A DNA stretch of 54,490 nucleotides from Gemmatimonadales bacterium (GTDB lineage: Bacteria; Gemmatimonadota; Gemmatimonadetes; Gemmatimonadales; GWC2-71-9). The notes under the pieces were generated by a model. The model saw nothing but the letters and a program-made list of their open reading frames with translations, was not told where the DNA came from and did no database searches. Of this stretch, positions 29,964 to 39,454 are shown piece after piece. Each line of letters starts with the position of its first letter. The stretch's first letter is position 1. The stretch spans positions 1 through 54,490 of the forward strand of contig JBBQFH010000020.1 in the NCBI GenBank assembly GCA_038321865.1, read 5' to 3'. The position numbers were made by a program, and so were the translations under genes.

Positions 29964-30944
29964 TCAAGGAACCCGTACGGCGTCGAGCACGCGGCTGACC
30001 ACATCGTCGCTGGTCACGTTTTCCGCCTCCGCCTCGAACGTCAGTACCACCCGGTGGCGGAGCACGTCGGGCGCCAGCGCGCGCACGTCCTCGGGAACGA
30101 CATAGTTGCGGCCGCGGAGAAAGGCGTGGGCCCGCGCCGCCTGCGCCAGGGAGATCGATGCCCGCGGCGATCCGCCGAACGCGATGAGCGGCTTCAGGTC
30201 GCCCAGGCCGACGCCGGAGGGATCGCGGGTGGCACGGACGACGTCGACGATGTAGTCGACGACCTTCTGGTCCATGTACAGCTCGGCGATGACGCGGCGG
30301 GCAGCCAGGATGGTGGCGGGGCTGAGCAGCCGCTCGACGCTGATCTCCTGACCGCCGCTCATCCGCAGCAGAATCTCCTTCTCCTCGTCACGCGTCGGAT
30401 AGCCGACGTGCACCTTCAGCATGAATCTGTCCAGCTGCGCCTCCGGTAGCGGATAGGTCCCTTCGTTCTCGATCGGATTCTGGGTCGCGAGCACCATGAA
30501 GGGCTCTTCGAGTCCGAAGGTCGTGCCGCCGATCGTGACCTGCTTCTCCTGCATCGCCTCCAGCAACGCTGCCTGCACCTTGGCCGGCGCACGGTTGATC
30601 TCGTCGGCCAGGATGATGTGGGCGAACAGCGGCCCCTTCTTCACGTAGAAGTCCTGGGTCTTCTGGTCGAACACCATCGTACCGATGACGTCCGCCGGCA
30701 GGAGGTCCGGCGTGAACTGGATGCGGGAGAAGGATGCGTGAATGATCTCGGACAGCGTCTTGACCGCCAGCGTCTTGGCAAGCCCCGGCACCCCCTCCAG
30801 CAGGATGTGCCCGCCGGTCAGCATGCCGACGAGCAATCGCTCGACCATCATGTCCTGGCCGACGATGCGGCGGGAGACTTCCTTGACTACACGCTGCAGC
30901 AGGGCGACGTCCACCGGCCCGGCTGCGACGGCTGCTTCGGCCAT
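29964..30944 (-). CDS. moxR: MoxR-family AAA+ ATPase
   Basis: GVPGLAKT, RIQFTPDLLP.D, LADEINRAPAKVQ and ATQNPIE.EGTYPLPEAQLDRF. Confidence 0.95.
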   Translation of the reverse strand: MAEAAVAAGPVDVALLQRVVKEVSRRIVGQDMMVERLLVGMLTGGHILLEGVPGLAKTLAVKTLSEIIHASFSRIQFTPDLLPADVIGTMVFDQKTQDFYVKKGPLFAHIILADEINRAPAKVQAALLEAMQEKQVTIGGTTFGLEEPFMVLATQNPIENEGTYPLPEAQLDRFMLKVHVGYPTRDEEKEILLRMSGGQEISVERLLSPATILAARRVIAELYMDQKVVDYIVDVVRATRDPSGVGLGDLKPLIAFGGSPRASISLAQAARAHAFLRGRNYVVPEDVRALAPDVLRHRVVLTFEAEAENVTSDDVVSRVLDAVRVP

Positions 30945-30960
30945 CAGTGCCTCCGAAAGT

Positions 30961-31692
30961 TCAATCCTTGGTCGGGTCGAGCTTGACCGCGCGGTATAGC
31001 GCCCGCTCTTCTGCCGGTGTGAGGGGGCGATATCGCCCTACCGGCAGATCGGCGAGCCGCACTGGGCCGTAGGACAGGCGGGCCAGCCGTTCCACTTTGA
31101 GCCCCAGCTCTTCGCACCACTTCCGCACGATCCGGTTGCGGCCCTCCTGCAGCGTGAGGTCGATGATGCTGCGGCCATCCTTCCCCGGACGCACCCGGAT
31201 GTCGTCGGGTTCCACCGTGCGCCCATCGATTACCACTTTTTGCCGGACTGCCGACGCAACCTCGGCCGGCGTGCGCCCGTGAACCAGCGCGGTGTAGCGG
31301 CGCGGGATCCGGTAGCGCGGATGGGTCAGCCGGTTGACCGCCTCGCCGTCGGTCGTGAGCAGCAGCAGACCCGTGGTCATCACATCGAGCCGTCCGACGT
31401 AGGTGAGACCCTTGGCATCCGGAATGAAGTCGAACACCGTCTGGCGGCCCTCCTCATCCGACGCCGTCGTGACGACGCCGAGCGGCTTGTGAAAGGCGAG
31501 CCAGCGTTTCGCGACGGCGCGTACGACCTTGCCCCCAACCGTGATCCTCTGCCGCTCGGGATCAACCTTGCTGCCCAGCGCGGCGACCTTGCCATCCACC
31601 CGAACCTTCCCCGCCTCGATCAATTCCTCGGCAGCGCGCCTGGAGGCCACGCCCGCGCGGGCGAGCGCCCGCTGCAATCGCATCTCGCTCAT
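30961..31692 (-). CDS. rluB: rRNA pseudouridine synthase (RsuA/RluB family)
   Basis: S4 domain (RLQR.LA.AG.ASRR), GRLD..TTGLLLLT.DG and EGRNR; follows scpB. Confidence 0.85.
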   Translation of the reverse strand: MSEMRLQRALARAGVASRRAAEELIEAGKVRVDGKVAALGSKVDPERQRITVGGKVVRAVAKRWLAFHKPLGVVTTASDEEGRQTVFDFIPDAKGLTYVGRLDVMTTGLLLLTTDGEAVNRLTHPRYRIPRRYTALVHGRTPAEVASAVRQKVVIDGRTVEPDDIRVRPGKDGRSIIDLTLQEGRNRIVRKWCEELGLKVERLARLSYGPVRLADLPVGRYRPLTPAEERALYRAVKLDPTKD

Positions 31693-32270
31693 GATTCGGA
31701 TGGCACGCTGATGCTGGCCCCTTCGGTGTCGCCGGTGGCCTGGTGCGGCTGCAGGGCGATGGTGAGTTCTTCGGCTTTCGGCAGGTCGGCGAGGTCGCGG
31801 AGGCCGAGCAACTCGAGGAACAACGGCGTGGTACCGTAGAGGAGCGGGCGCCCGAGGGCGTCGGAGCGTCCGACCACCTCGATCAGGCCGCGTTCCTGGA
31901 GCGAGCGCAGCACGCCGCCCGCCGACACGCCGCGGATCTCCTCGATCTCGGCGCGCCCGACCGGCTGGCGGTAGCCGATGACGGCGAGCGTTTCGAGCGT
32001 CGCGGCGGTGAGCTTCGGCGTACGCACGGAAAACTGGGCTCGCTCGATCGCGGCGGCGTGAACCGGCCTGGTCAGGATCTGATAGCCGCCTCCGAGCTCG
32101 ACCAGTTCGACCCCGTGCTGGTCGAAATCGTAGTGCTCGCGCAGCTGCTCCAGCGCAACGCGCACATCGGGCAGCGTCGCGTCGGTGTCCAGCGTGCCGA
32201 GCTCCTCCACCGTGAGTGGGCGCGCGGCCGAGAACAGCGCGGCTTCAAACAGCTGAGCGAGAGGCGTCAC
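31689..32270 (-). CDS. scpB: SMC-Scp complex subunit ScpB
   Basis: EAALF, LETLAVI.YRQP..RAEIEEIRGV and GRPLLYGTT..FL. Confidence 0.95.
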   Translation of the reverse strand: MTPLAQLFEAALFSAARPLTVEELGTLDTDATLPDVRVALEQLREHYDFDQHGVELVELGGGYQILTRPVHAAAIERAQFSVRTPKLTAATLETLAVIGYRQPVGRAEIEEIRGVSAGGVLRSLQERGLIEVVGRSDALGRPLLYGTTPLFLELLGLRDLADLPKAEELTIALQPHQATGDTEGASISVPSES

Positions 32271-32991
32271 GGGCAATGACCATCGGCGAAAATGCCGCCG
32301 GTTGAGAGATACGCAGCGCGCCTCGCTTGGCGAGCTCGAGAATCGCGAGCAGCGTGGAGAGCACATCGACGATCGTCGGCCGGGGGCCCAGCGCCTCGAG
32401 CCACCCGATCTCCTCGCGCTCCGCCAGCAGCGCTTCGATGCGGCGGGTCGCGCTTTCGACGTCCAGCGGACGGGCGACCACGTTGTGCATGACCGGCGAT
32501 GGAATGGCGGCGATCACCCGCTCCACCGCCTGCAGCATCTCGAGCATGTCGAGCGTAAGCGGTAGCGGCGGCAGCGCCGGCGGCGGCGGCAGATACCCGC
32601 GGGCGAACCGCTCGGAGCGTCGCTCCGCCGACCGGCCGAGCCAGAGCGCGATCTCCCGAATCTGCTGGTACTCGAGCAGCCGCCGCACCAGCTCGGCCCG
32701 CGGATCCTCCCAGCCGTCCTCCTCGGAGCGCCGCGGCAGGAGCATCTGGACCTTGAGCCGTACCAGCCGGCTCGCCATCTCCAGGTAGTCCGCCGCCTGA
32801 TTCAGGCCCAGCAGGTGGATGGAGCGCAGAAACTGATCGGCGATCCGGGCAATCGGAATGTCCGAGATGTCGATCTGCTCTTCACGCAGCAGGTGCAGCA
32901 GCAGGTCGAGCGGGCCCGAAAATGCGTCGAGCTCGACGACGAACCCGGGACCGGCGCCGAGCGCACGGGTCGGCGCGGTGGATGCCGTCAC
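32245..32991 (-). CDS. scpA: Segregation and condensation protein A
   Basis: FSGPLDLLLHL, A.YL.MA..L..LK..LLP, DPR.ELVRRLLEY and LLAILEL.K. Confidence 0.93.
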   Translation of the reverse strand: MTASTAPTRALGAGPGFVVELDAFSGPLDLLLHLLREEQIDISDIPIARIADQFLRSIHLLGLNQAADYLEMASRLVRLKVQMLLPRRSEEDGWEDPRAELVRRLLEYQQIREIALWLGRSAERRSERFARGYLPPPPALPPLPLTLDMLEMLQAVERVIAAIPSPVMHNVVARPLDVESATRRIEALLAEREEIGWLEALGPRPTIVDVLSTLLAILELAKRGALRISQPAAFSPMVIARDASRSAV

Positions 32992-33686
32992 GAGCCCAGC
33001 ACGTTCCACGTTGGCCCGACGGCAAACGGCGCCAGGGTCGCGGCCATGAAGCGGTAGCCCCAGCTGACTGGAGCGAGCAGCACCCGGAGCACCGGGCTGA
33101 AAAAGACCAGGAGCAGAATCACCGGAAGTGCGCCGAGGCGATCCAGGCTTCGATAGCGCGCGCCGAGTCCGGCCGGCAGCACATGATAGAATACCTTGGA
33201 CCCGTCCAGCGGCGGAATCGGCAGCGAGTTGAAGACGACCAGCAGGATGTTCAGATAGAGTCCCCACATCATCATCCGCTGGGCCGTCTCGATCGCGGCG
33301 GCGGCGCCGGACGCCTGGGCGAGGTAATGCAGCAGAATGAATAGCGTGGCGAATACCAGGACCAGCACGGCATTGGTGAGGACCCCGGCAGAGGAGACGA
33401 TCAGGTCCCCGCGGCGATAATTCCGGAATTTGCGGGTGTTCACCGGAATCGGCTTGGCCCCCCCGAAGACGAACCGCCCCCCGCTGGCGAAGAACATCAC
33501 GCCCGGAAGCAGGATGCTCTGGATCGGATCGATGTGTGGCAGCGGATTCAGCGTCAGCCGGCCGAGCATGTACGCTGTATCGTCACCCTGGCGCAGGGCC
33601 GCGGCGCCATGCGCATATTCGTGCGCCACCATCGAGAAGACGAGCACCGGGAGAATGAGGATGAAGTCGCCGAGCAGCTGGTCCAG
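32988..33686 (-). CDS. Site-2 (M50) intramembrane metalloprotease
   Basis: HEYAH, GRLTLNP..H.DP, AKP.P and FNSLPIPPLDG; start is either CTG 33686 or GTG 33647. Confidence 0.9.
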   Translation of the reverse strand: MDQLLGDFILILPVLVFSMVAHEYAHGAAALRQGDDTAYMLGRLTLNPLPHIDPIQSILLPGVMFFASGGRFVFGGAKPIPVNTRKFRNYRRGDLIVSSAGVLTNAVLVLVFATLFILLHYLAQASGAAAAIETAQRMMMWGLYLNILLVVFNSLPIPPLDGSKVFYHVLPAGLGARYRSLDRLGALPVILLLVFFSPVLRVLLAPVSWGYRFMAATLAPFAVGPTWNVLGS

Positions 33687-33717
33687 TGCGGATCATCCTG
33701 GTGAGAGTTCGGCCGGA

Positions 33718-33746
33718 AGGTTAAACGCCCGGATAGGTCAAGTCAA
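33718..33746 (-). promoter_or_regulatory. Sigma70-type promoter of the S2P-scpAB-moxR-mutL operon
   Basis: TTGACT-17-TAACCT. Confidence 0.6.
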
Positions 33747-33759
33747 AACCCGTCTGCGC

Positions 33760-33788
33760 TTGACGTTGCGGGTTGCCTCGGCTATTCT
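33760..33788 (+). promoter_or_regulatory. Sigma70-type promoter of rpsT
   Basis: TTGACG-17-TATTCT. Confidence 0.7.
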
Positions 33789-33842
33789 TTCGGGCTCGTG
33801 TTACCAGCTGTCAATACGTCCAACTTCGTACCCGGGATCGTC

Positions 33843-34103
33843 GTGCCGAGAATCAAGTCCGCCAAGAAGCGCATGCGTCAGGCGAAGGGCGCCACGGCGC
33901 GGAACCGCACGCAGCGCAGCCAGCTCCGTACCGCCATCAAGAAGGTCCGGGCCGCGAGCGGCAGCGAGGCCACGACGGCGTATGCGGAGGCGGTGAGAAT
34001 CATCGATCGGGCGGGGCGGAAAAACCTGATCCACCGGAACGCGGCGGCCCGGCAGAAGAGCCGGCTGGCCAAGGCGGTGGCGAAGGCGACGGCAGCGAAG
34101 TAG
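33843..34103 (+). CDS. rpsT: 30S ribosomal protein S20
   Basis: PRIKSAKKRMRQ...RN...RS.LRT.IKK...IHRNAAAR.KSRL. Confidence 0.96.
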   Translation: MPRIKSAKKRMRQAKGATARNRTQRSQLRTAIKKVRAASGSEATTAYAEAVRIIDRAGRKNLIHRNAAARQKSRLAKAVAKATAAK

Positions 34104-34127
34104 AGCAAGCCAGCGGCAGACCTGCAA

Positions 34128-34160
34128 CGGGGGGCGCGTCGGCGACGCGCCCCCCGCTTT
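34128..34160 (+). terminator. Terminator hairpin after rpsT
   Basis: CGGGGGGCGCGTC-GGC-GACGCGCCCCCCG (13-bp stem) followed by CTTT. Confidence 0.65.
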
Positions 34161-34235
34161 CATGTCCGGCCCCCTCGAAGTCGCTTGAGCTTCGCGTCCT
34201 ATCCCGCAGTCCGGCCAGGGTTTCGATCGATCCTG

Positions 34236-35120
34236 TCAGAGTGCGGCCAGCTCGGCTCCGCAGCGCTCACAGTACCATTCACTCGGGCGATTCATCGCGC
34301 CGCACTCGGCACACTTGAGCGTCTTCGCCGGCGAGCCGGCGGCGGCGGCCTTGCCGGTCGCGGCAGCGGGGGCCGCGTTCACCGGCGGAGGTGCTGCGGC
34401 GGCCTCAGGTGGCGCGGGATGACCTCCCGACCCCCGTGACCGCGCGGCACCGGCCTGATGACCGGTGACTGATTGAAGGAACGCGAGTTCATCGTCCGGC
34501 GCGGATGGGGCGGGCCCGCGCGGGACGAAGCGCGGTGCAGCGCCGGGCTGCGGTGCCGCGGCCGCAGGCGGCTCATCAGGCATGTCGATCTCCGGTTCCC
34601 ACTCGGGCTCCGGAACAGCCGGCGGCGGCGCCGGCGTATCGGCGGCGGTGGGCGTCGGCGCGGCCGCGGGGGCCACGGCGGGCGGAGCGGCGGTAATGAG
34701 CGACTGCACCTCGGCCAGCCGCGCGATCTCAGCCTGAACTCTGCCCAGCTCCGCGCGCGTTCCGGCGAGCCCCCGGTTCGCCTCCTCGCTGATGGACTGC
34801 CACTTCGACTCCTCGAACTCGCCCACCGCGTGGCGCACTTCGGCCTCGGCGATACGCTCCTGAGCCTCGGCTTCCCGCTGTTGCAGCTCCGCCTGCGACG
34901 CCCGGAAGCGGTCGAGATCGGCGCCGATGGTGTCGCCATGGGTCCGCAACTCGTCCATCACCGCGCGCAGGCGGGCCTCGTAGTCGGCCCGCACCCGGAG
35001 ACGCACCGCATCGGGGGCCGCGTTGCCGGCGCCGGCAAGCCGCGACAGCCAGTCCTGATACTGTTTGCGCTGTTGCAACAGCTGCTCTATGGCGGCACCG
35101 GATTCGGTGGGTTCGACCAT
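34236..35120 (-). CDS. Coiled-coil protein with Pro/Ala linker and C-terminal C4 zinc ribbon
   Basis: Heptad-rich N-terminal half; CAECG.MN.PSEWYCERCG at the end; AAGG SD. Confidence 0.75.
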   Translation of the reverse strand: MVEPTESGAAIEQLLQQRKQYQDWLSRLAGAGNAAPDAVRLRVRADYEARLRAVMDELRTHGDTIGADLDRFRASQAELQQREAEAQERIAEAEVRHAVGEFEESKWQSISEEANRGLAGTRAELGRVQAEIARLAEVQSLITAAPPAVAPAAAPTPTAADTPAPPPAVPEPEWEPEIDMPDEPPAAAAPQPGAAPRFVPRGPAPSAPDDELAFLQSVTGHQAGAARSRGSGGHPAPPEAAAAPPPVNAAPAAATGKAAAAGSPAKTLKCAECGAMNRPSEWYCERCGAELAAL

Positions 35121-35206
35121 GGCGGCACCTTTCGATCAACGGCCTGACGCAGAGACACCCCTGCCCAATGTAACGCGCCCGGGGCGGGCGCAAAACGGGC
35201 GGCGGC

Positions 35207-36493
35207 TCAGATGCGGCGGAACACGATCTCACCCCGGACCACGGTCAGGTCCGCCCGCCCGCGCAGCCGTCGCCCGCCGAACGGGGTGTTGCGGCTCTTG
35301 CTGAAGAATGCTTCCGGCCGGACGTCCCACTCGACGGTGGGATCGAACACCACGACATCCGCTGGGGCGCCGACGGCCAGTGTTCCGCCCGGCAGGCCAA
35401 AGATGCGCGCGGGGGTGGTGCTCATCCGGTCCACGAGCTGGGGCAGCGAGAGCACGCCGCCGTCCACCAGCTCCGTGATCGCGAGCCCCAGCGCCGTCTC
35501 CAGGCCGATGATGCCGTTCGGGGCGTCGTCGAACTCGCGCTCCTTCGCGTCGTAGTGGTGCGGCGCATGGTCGGTCGCGATCACGTCGATCGTTCCGTCC
35601 CGGAGCGCGTCGCGGATCGCGTCACGATCCGCCGCCTCCCGGAGCGGCGGATTCATCTTCGCGTTCGTGTCGTATCCCTCACACCGCTCGTGCGTGAGCG
35701 AGAAATGATGGGGGCAGGCCTCCGCCGTCACCCGGAGACCCTGGGCCTTGGCTCGGCGGATCAGCTCGACCGAGCCGCGAGTGGACATGTGGCAGAGATG
35801 CACATGGCCACCGGTCAGCTCGGCGAGGATGATGTCGCGCGCCACCATGATTTCTTCCGCCGCGGCGGGGATTCCCTTGAGCCCGAGCCGCGTCGACACC
35901 AGCCCCTCGTGCATGGCGCCGCCCTGCGCCAGCGTGGGATCTTCGCAATGATCGGCGACCGGAATGCCGAAGGTCCGGGCATATTCGAGCGCCGTGCGCA
36001 TGAGGTGGCTCGAGACGACCGGCTTGCCGTCGTCGCTCACCGCCACCGCGCCGGCGCCGACCAGTTCACCGAATTCGGCGAGCTGCTGCCCCTTCTGGCC
36101 GACCGAGATGGCCCCGATCGGATAGACGCGCGCCTTCGCGGCCCGCTGCGCCTGGCTCACGATGAAACCGACGGCCGCCTGATTGTCGGTGACAGGATCC
36201 GTGTTCGGCATCGCACAGACGGCGGAGAAGCCACCGGCGGCCGCCGCCATCGCACCGCTCGCGACCGTTTCGATATCCTCCTGCCCCGGCTCGCGCAGGT
36301 GCACATGGAGATCGATCAGCCCGGGTGCCACGACCTTGCCGGCGGCATCGATGATGGTCACGCCGTGGCCCACCGCAATGTTTCGCCCGACGGATTCGAT
36401 CCGGCCGGCGGACACCAGCACGTCTGCAACGCCATCGCCGCCGCGCGACGGGTCGATGACGCGGCCGCCCCGGATCAGAATCTCGGCACTCAC
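35207..36493 (-). CDS. pyrC: Dihydroorotase
   Basis: [22 protein letters not shown] and ATDHAPH. Confidence 0.95.
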   Translation of the reverse strand: MSAEILIRGGRVIDPSRGGDGVADVLVSAGRIESVGRNIAVGHGVTIIDAAGKVVAPGLIDLHVHLREPGQEDIETVASGAMAAAAGGFSAVCAMPNTDPVTDNQAAVGFIVSQAQRAAKARVYPIGAISVGQKGQQLAEFGELVGAGAVAVSDDGKPVVSSHLMRTALEYARTFGIPVADHCEDPTLAQGGAMHEGLVSTRLGLKGIPAAAEEIMVARDIILAELTGGHVHLCHMSTRGSVELIRRAKAQGLRVTAEACPHHFSLTHERCEGYDTNAKMNPPLREAADRDAIRDALRDGTIDVIATDHAPHHYDAKEREFDDAPNGIIGLETALGLAITELVDGGVLSLPQLVDRMSTTPARIFGLPGGTLAVGAPADVVVFDPTVEWDVRPEAFFSKSRNTPFGGRRLRGRADLTVVRGEIVFRRI

Positions 36494-37446
36494 CGCTCCT
36501 CCCCTCCCTGCGCCTGGTGCGGGCCGGGCGAGCCGCCGGCGAGCAGGTAGAGCACCGCCATGCGGACCGCCACGCCGTTGGTCACCTGCGGCAGGATCAC
36601 GCTGTGGGGCCCGTCGGCGACGTCACTGTCGATCTCCACTCCGCGATTCATCGGACCCGGGTGCAGGATCAGCAGGTCCTTGGGTGCCCGTGCCAGCCGC
36701 TCGGCCGTGACGCCGAAAACGCGGTTGTATTCCCGCAGGGAGGGAATGAAGCCGGCGGTCATGCGCTCGAGCTGCAGCCGGAGCACGTTGAGCGCATCGG
36801 CCCAGGCGATCGCGTCCTCGATCCGCGGGAGCACGGTCACGCCCAGCTCCTTCACGTCGCGAGGCAGCAGGGTGGCCGGACCGCACACCCCCACCTCGGC
36901 GCCGAGCTTGAGCAGCCCCCAGATGTTGCTCCGTGCCACCCGGCTGTGGAGCACATCGCCGCAAATGGCCACCTTGAGTCCCTCGATCTTGCCGAACCGG
37001 TCGCGAAGCGTCAGCAGGTCGAGCAGCGCCTGGGTCGGGTGCTCATGCTTGCCGTCCCCGGCATTGATGACGTTGGACCCGATGCGCTGGCCGAGGAACT
37101 GCGCGGCGCCCGAGGAGCCATGGCGGATGACCACCATGTCGATCCGCATCGCCTCCAGGTTCTTGGCGGTGTCCACCAGCGTTTCGCCCTTGGACACCGA
37201 GGAACCGGACGCGGCGACGTTGACCGTATCGGCGCTGAGGCGCTTTTCGGCGAATTCGAACGAGATGCGGGTGCGGGTGGATGCTTCGAAGAAGAGATTG
37301 ACGATCGTCTTGCCGCGGAGCGCCGGGACCTTCTTGATGGCCCGCTCGCTGACTTCCTTGAACGGCTCCGCGGTGTCGAGAATGAGGCGAATCTGGTCGG
37401 CGCTGAGCGGCTCGAGGCCGACCAGGTCCTTGCCGAGCGCCGTCAC
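36490..37446 (-). CDS. pyrB: Aspartate carbamoyltransferase catalytic subunit
   Basis: [36 protein letters not shown] and HPGPMNRG. Confidence 0.97.
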   Translation of the reverse strand: MTALGKDLVGLEPLSADQIRLILDTAEPFKEVSERAIKKVPALRGKTIVNLFFEASTRTRISFEFAEKRLSADTVNVAASGSSVSKGETLVDTAKNLEAMRIDMVVIRHGSSGAAQFLGQRIGSNVINAGDGKHEHPTQALLDLLTLRDRFGKIEGLKVAICGDVLHSRVARSNIWGLLKLGAEVGVCGPATLLPRDVKELGVTVLPRIEDAIAWADALNVLRLQLERMTAGFIPSLREYNRVFGVTAERLARAPKDLLILHPGPMNRGVEIDSDVADGPHSVILPQVTNGVAVRMAVLYLLAGGSPGPHQAQGGEER

Positions 37447-37983
37447 TCAGGGCCCTCGAACCAGTTCAACCGCGTCACGCCCATCGAGCTCCGAGACGAA
37501 GACATCGACGCGCTCGGTGGGCGCAACGGTCATGGCGGAGCCGACGATGTCGGCCTGGATCGGCAGCTCGCGGCCGCCGCGGTCGACGAGCACGCAGAGC
37601 AGCACCCGGCGGGGCCGGCCGAAATCGGCGCACTCATCAAGTGCCGCGCGCACGGTGCGGCCGGTATAGAGCACGTCGTCCACGATCACGACGGTGCGCC
37701 CCTCGAGATCGGGCAGCTGCGTCTCACCGACCACGGGCCGCGGGCCGATGGTCTGGAGATCGTCACGGTAGAGCGTGATATCGAGTTTGCCGCAGGGGAT
37801 GTTGCCGTGCTCGACGCGGTCGATGAGCCGTTTGAGGCGGTACGCCAGCTCCACGCCGCGGCGCTGGATGCCGACGAGCACCAGATCCTCCGTCCCCCGG
37901 CAGCGCTCGACGATTTCCGATGCCATTCGCGCCAGGGCGCGCGCGATGGCGGTCTCGTCGAGAAGCGGGGTCCGGGTAGTCAT
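37447..37983 (-). CDS. pyrR: PyrR bifunctional regulator / uracil phosphoribosyltransferase
   Basis: LDITLYRDD, VDDVLYTGRTVRAALD and VDRG.RELPIQAD. Confidence 0.95.
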   Translation of the reverse strand: MTTRTPLLDETAIARALARMASEIVERCRGTEDLVLVGIQRRGVELAYRLKRLIDRVEHGNIPCGKLDITLYRDDLQTIGPRPVVGETQLPDLEGRTVVIVDDVLYTGRTVRAALDECADFGRPRRVLLCVLVDRGGRELPIQADIVGSAMTVAPTERVDVFVSELDGRDAVELVRGP

Positions 37984-37994
37984 CTCGGGGCGAG

Positions 37995-38023
37995 AAGCTA
38001 TCGCGCACGGCTGCGCAAAGCAA
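37995..38023 (-). promoter_or_regulatory. Putative sigma70 promoter of pyrRBC
   Basis: TTGCTT-17-TAGCTT, 11 nt upstream of the ATG. Confidence 0.45.
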
Positions 38024-38035
38024 CCTCGCGAGGAA

Positions 38036-38122
38036 CGGACAGGGTGGGATTCGAACCCACGGTACCCTTTCAAGTACACACGCGTTCCAGGCGTGCGCCT
38101 TAAACCACTCGGCCACCTGTCC
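38036..38122 (-). tRNA. tRNA-Ser(GGA)
   Basis: GGACAGG acceptor stem, anticodon arm CACGC-CT-GGA-AC-GCGTG, long variable arm and GTTCGAATCC; no encoded CCA. Confidence 0.95.
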
Positions 38123-38196
38123 TGGCGGCCCCGGAACCGCATCGGGACGCTTGAGCCGGCGGCAACTTACCGGGACCGGAGTGAACGCGGCAAGAG

Positions 38197-38532
38197 CTAG
38201 CTCGAGGCTGCCCCGCCACCACCTGCGTGCGCTTTGGCCGCGGCGGCGGGAATGGACGCCGCACCGCCCTCGCCGCCCGGCCCGAGCAGCGTGGCGATGC
38301 CGTAGCCGAGCCCCTTCAGCGGGTTCCGCCAGAGGATGGTGCCGGTCGTCGCGTCGAGGCAGAAGGCCTGGCCCATGGTGGTGGCATAAAGGCGCTCGCC
38401 GTCGGTCATCAGCACGACGAGCTGTCCCCGCTTGAGCCGGGTGCGCCAGCGCTCCGACCCGGTGGTGCGGTCGAGCCCGACGACGGCACCCGACAGGCCC
38501 ACATACATCATGTCGCGAGGAAGACCAGGCAT
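38197..38532 (-). CDS. Small protein with two PQQ-type beta-propeller repeats
   Basis: LDRTTG.ERW and LDATTG.ILW blade motifs. Confidence 0.75.
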   Translation of the reverse strand: MPGLPRDMMYVGLSGAVVGLDRTTGSERWRTRLKRGQLVVLMTDGERLYATTMGQAFCLDATTGTILWRNPLKGLGYGIATLLGPGGEGGAASIPAAAAKAHAGGGGAASS

Positions 38533-38551
38533 GCGCGCTCCGGGTAGAGGA

Positions 38552-38764
38552 TCAGGAGCCGAACGGCCGACGGCGCCCGCCGCGAACGCCGGCGAGTCCA
38601 GCCGCGACCAGGCCGACCGCCACGAACGGTACCCCGGACGAGGGTCCGGGGGACGCGACGCGCCGGCAGAACCCGGTGGCGAGACAGTAGCTGCTTCCGG
38701 GATCGTCGAGCGGGACCGGGGCCTGGCCCGCGAGCGCGAGTGACAGCGCGAGGAGGGCGATCAT
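38552..38764 (-). CDS. Small secreted/membrane-anchored peptide
   Basis: ATGA-coupled to the upstream gene; signal peptide, C-x5-C, hydrophobic tail then RRR. Confidence 0.5.
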   Translation of the reverse strand: MIALLALSLALAGQAPVPLDDPGSSYCLATGFCRRVASPGPSSGVPFVAVGLVAAGLAGVRGGRRRPFGS

Positions 38765-39387
38765 TCGATGGGCTGCACGGCACGGTCACAGTACCGGCAC
38801 ACCTGGGCCCGCGCGAGAATCTTCTCGGCGCAGTACGGACATTCGCGCTCGACGCGGGACTCGGCCGGTGCCGCCGGCAGCGGCGCCCCGCCCACTGCGC
38901 GCCGATCTTCGTTGGCCACGATCTGCGTCTGCACCTGCCGCCGAAACTCGAGCGGGGCCGCGATGCGCTCGAACGTTTCCCGGGTTCCGCCGGTGCCGAC
39001 GATCGTGATGGTGCCGTAGCCGAGCATGCGGCCCCACACCGTCTGGTCGACGCTGATCGCCTCGACCTTGCTCAGGAGGGTCTCCAGCGAATCGCGCTGC
39101 AGCAGGCCGACCTTCACAAGCACACGCTTATCGGTCACGGCGAATTCGGAGGAGCTCCGCTTGAGATACGGGCCGATGGCAAACAGCAGTGCCAGGGCCG
39201 CGAGCGCGGCGGGCACCCAGAGCTTCCACGGATCCACCGCGGGCGTGGTCTGGACCAGCTGGCCGCCGATGGCGACCGCGACAGCGAGGACGACCAGCAG
39301 GATGCTCCAATGGAATGCCATCCAGTGCAGATGCGCGCGGTAGACCACGCGCTCGCCGGGCAGGAGGTGCTCATCCACGTAGCTCAT
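38761..39387 (-). CDS. Membrane protein with bacterial PH (bPH_2) domain and C-terminal zinc ribbon
   Basis: Two TM segments, EFAVTDKRV..K.G, V.Q...GRML.YGTI and CPYCAE.I...A.VCRYC. Confidence 0.85.
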   Translation of the reverse strand: MSYVDEHLLPGERVVYRAHLHWMAFHWSILLVVLAVAVAIGGQLVQTTPAVDPWKLWVPAALAALALLFAIGPYLKRSSSEFAVTDKRVLVKVGLLQRDSLETLLSKVEAISVDQTVWGRMLGYGTITIVGTGGTRETFERIAAPLEFRRQVQTQIVANEDRRAVGGAPLPAAPAESRVERECPYCAEKILARAQVCRYCDRAVQPIE

Positions 39388-39420
39388 CGCGACCTTCGCG
39401 TTCCGGGGAACCCGTTCGGA

Positions 39421-39447
39421 AAGACGAAAGGCGACCCGATGGTCGCC
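39421..39447 (-). terminator. Terminator after tRNA-Ser(CGA)
   Basis: GGCGACC-ATCG-GGTCGCC followed by TTTCGTCTT on the minus strand. Confidence 0.6.
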
Positions 39448-39454
39448 CCGCAAA

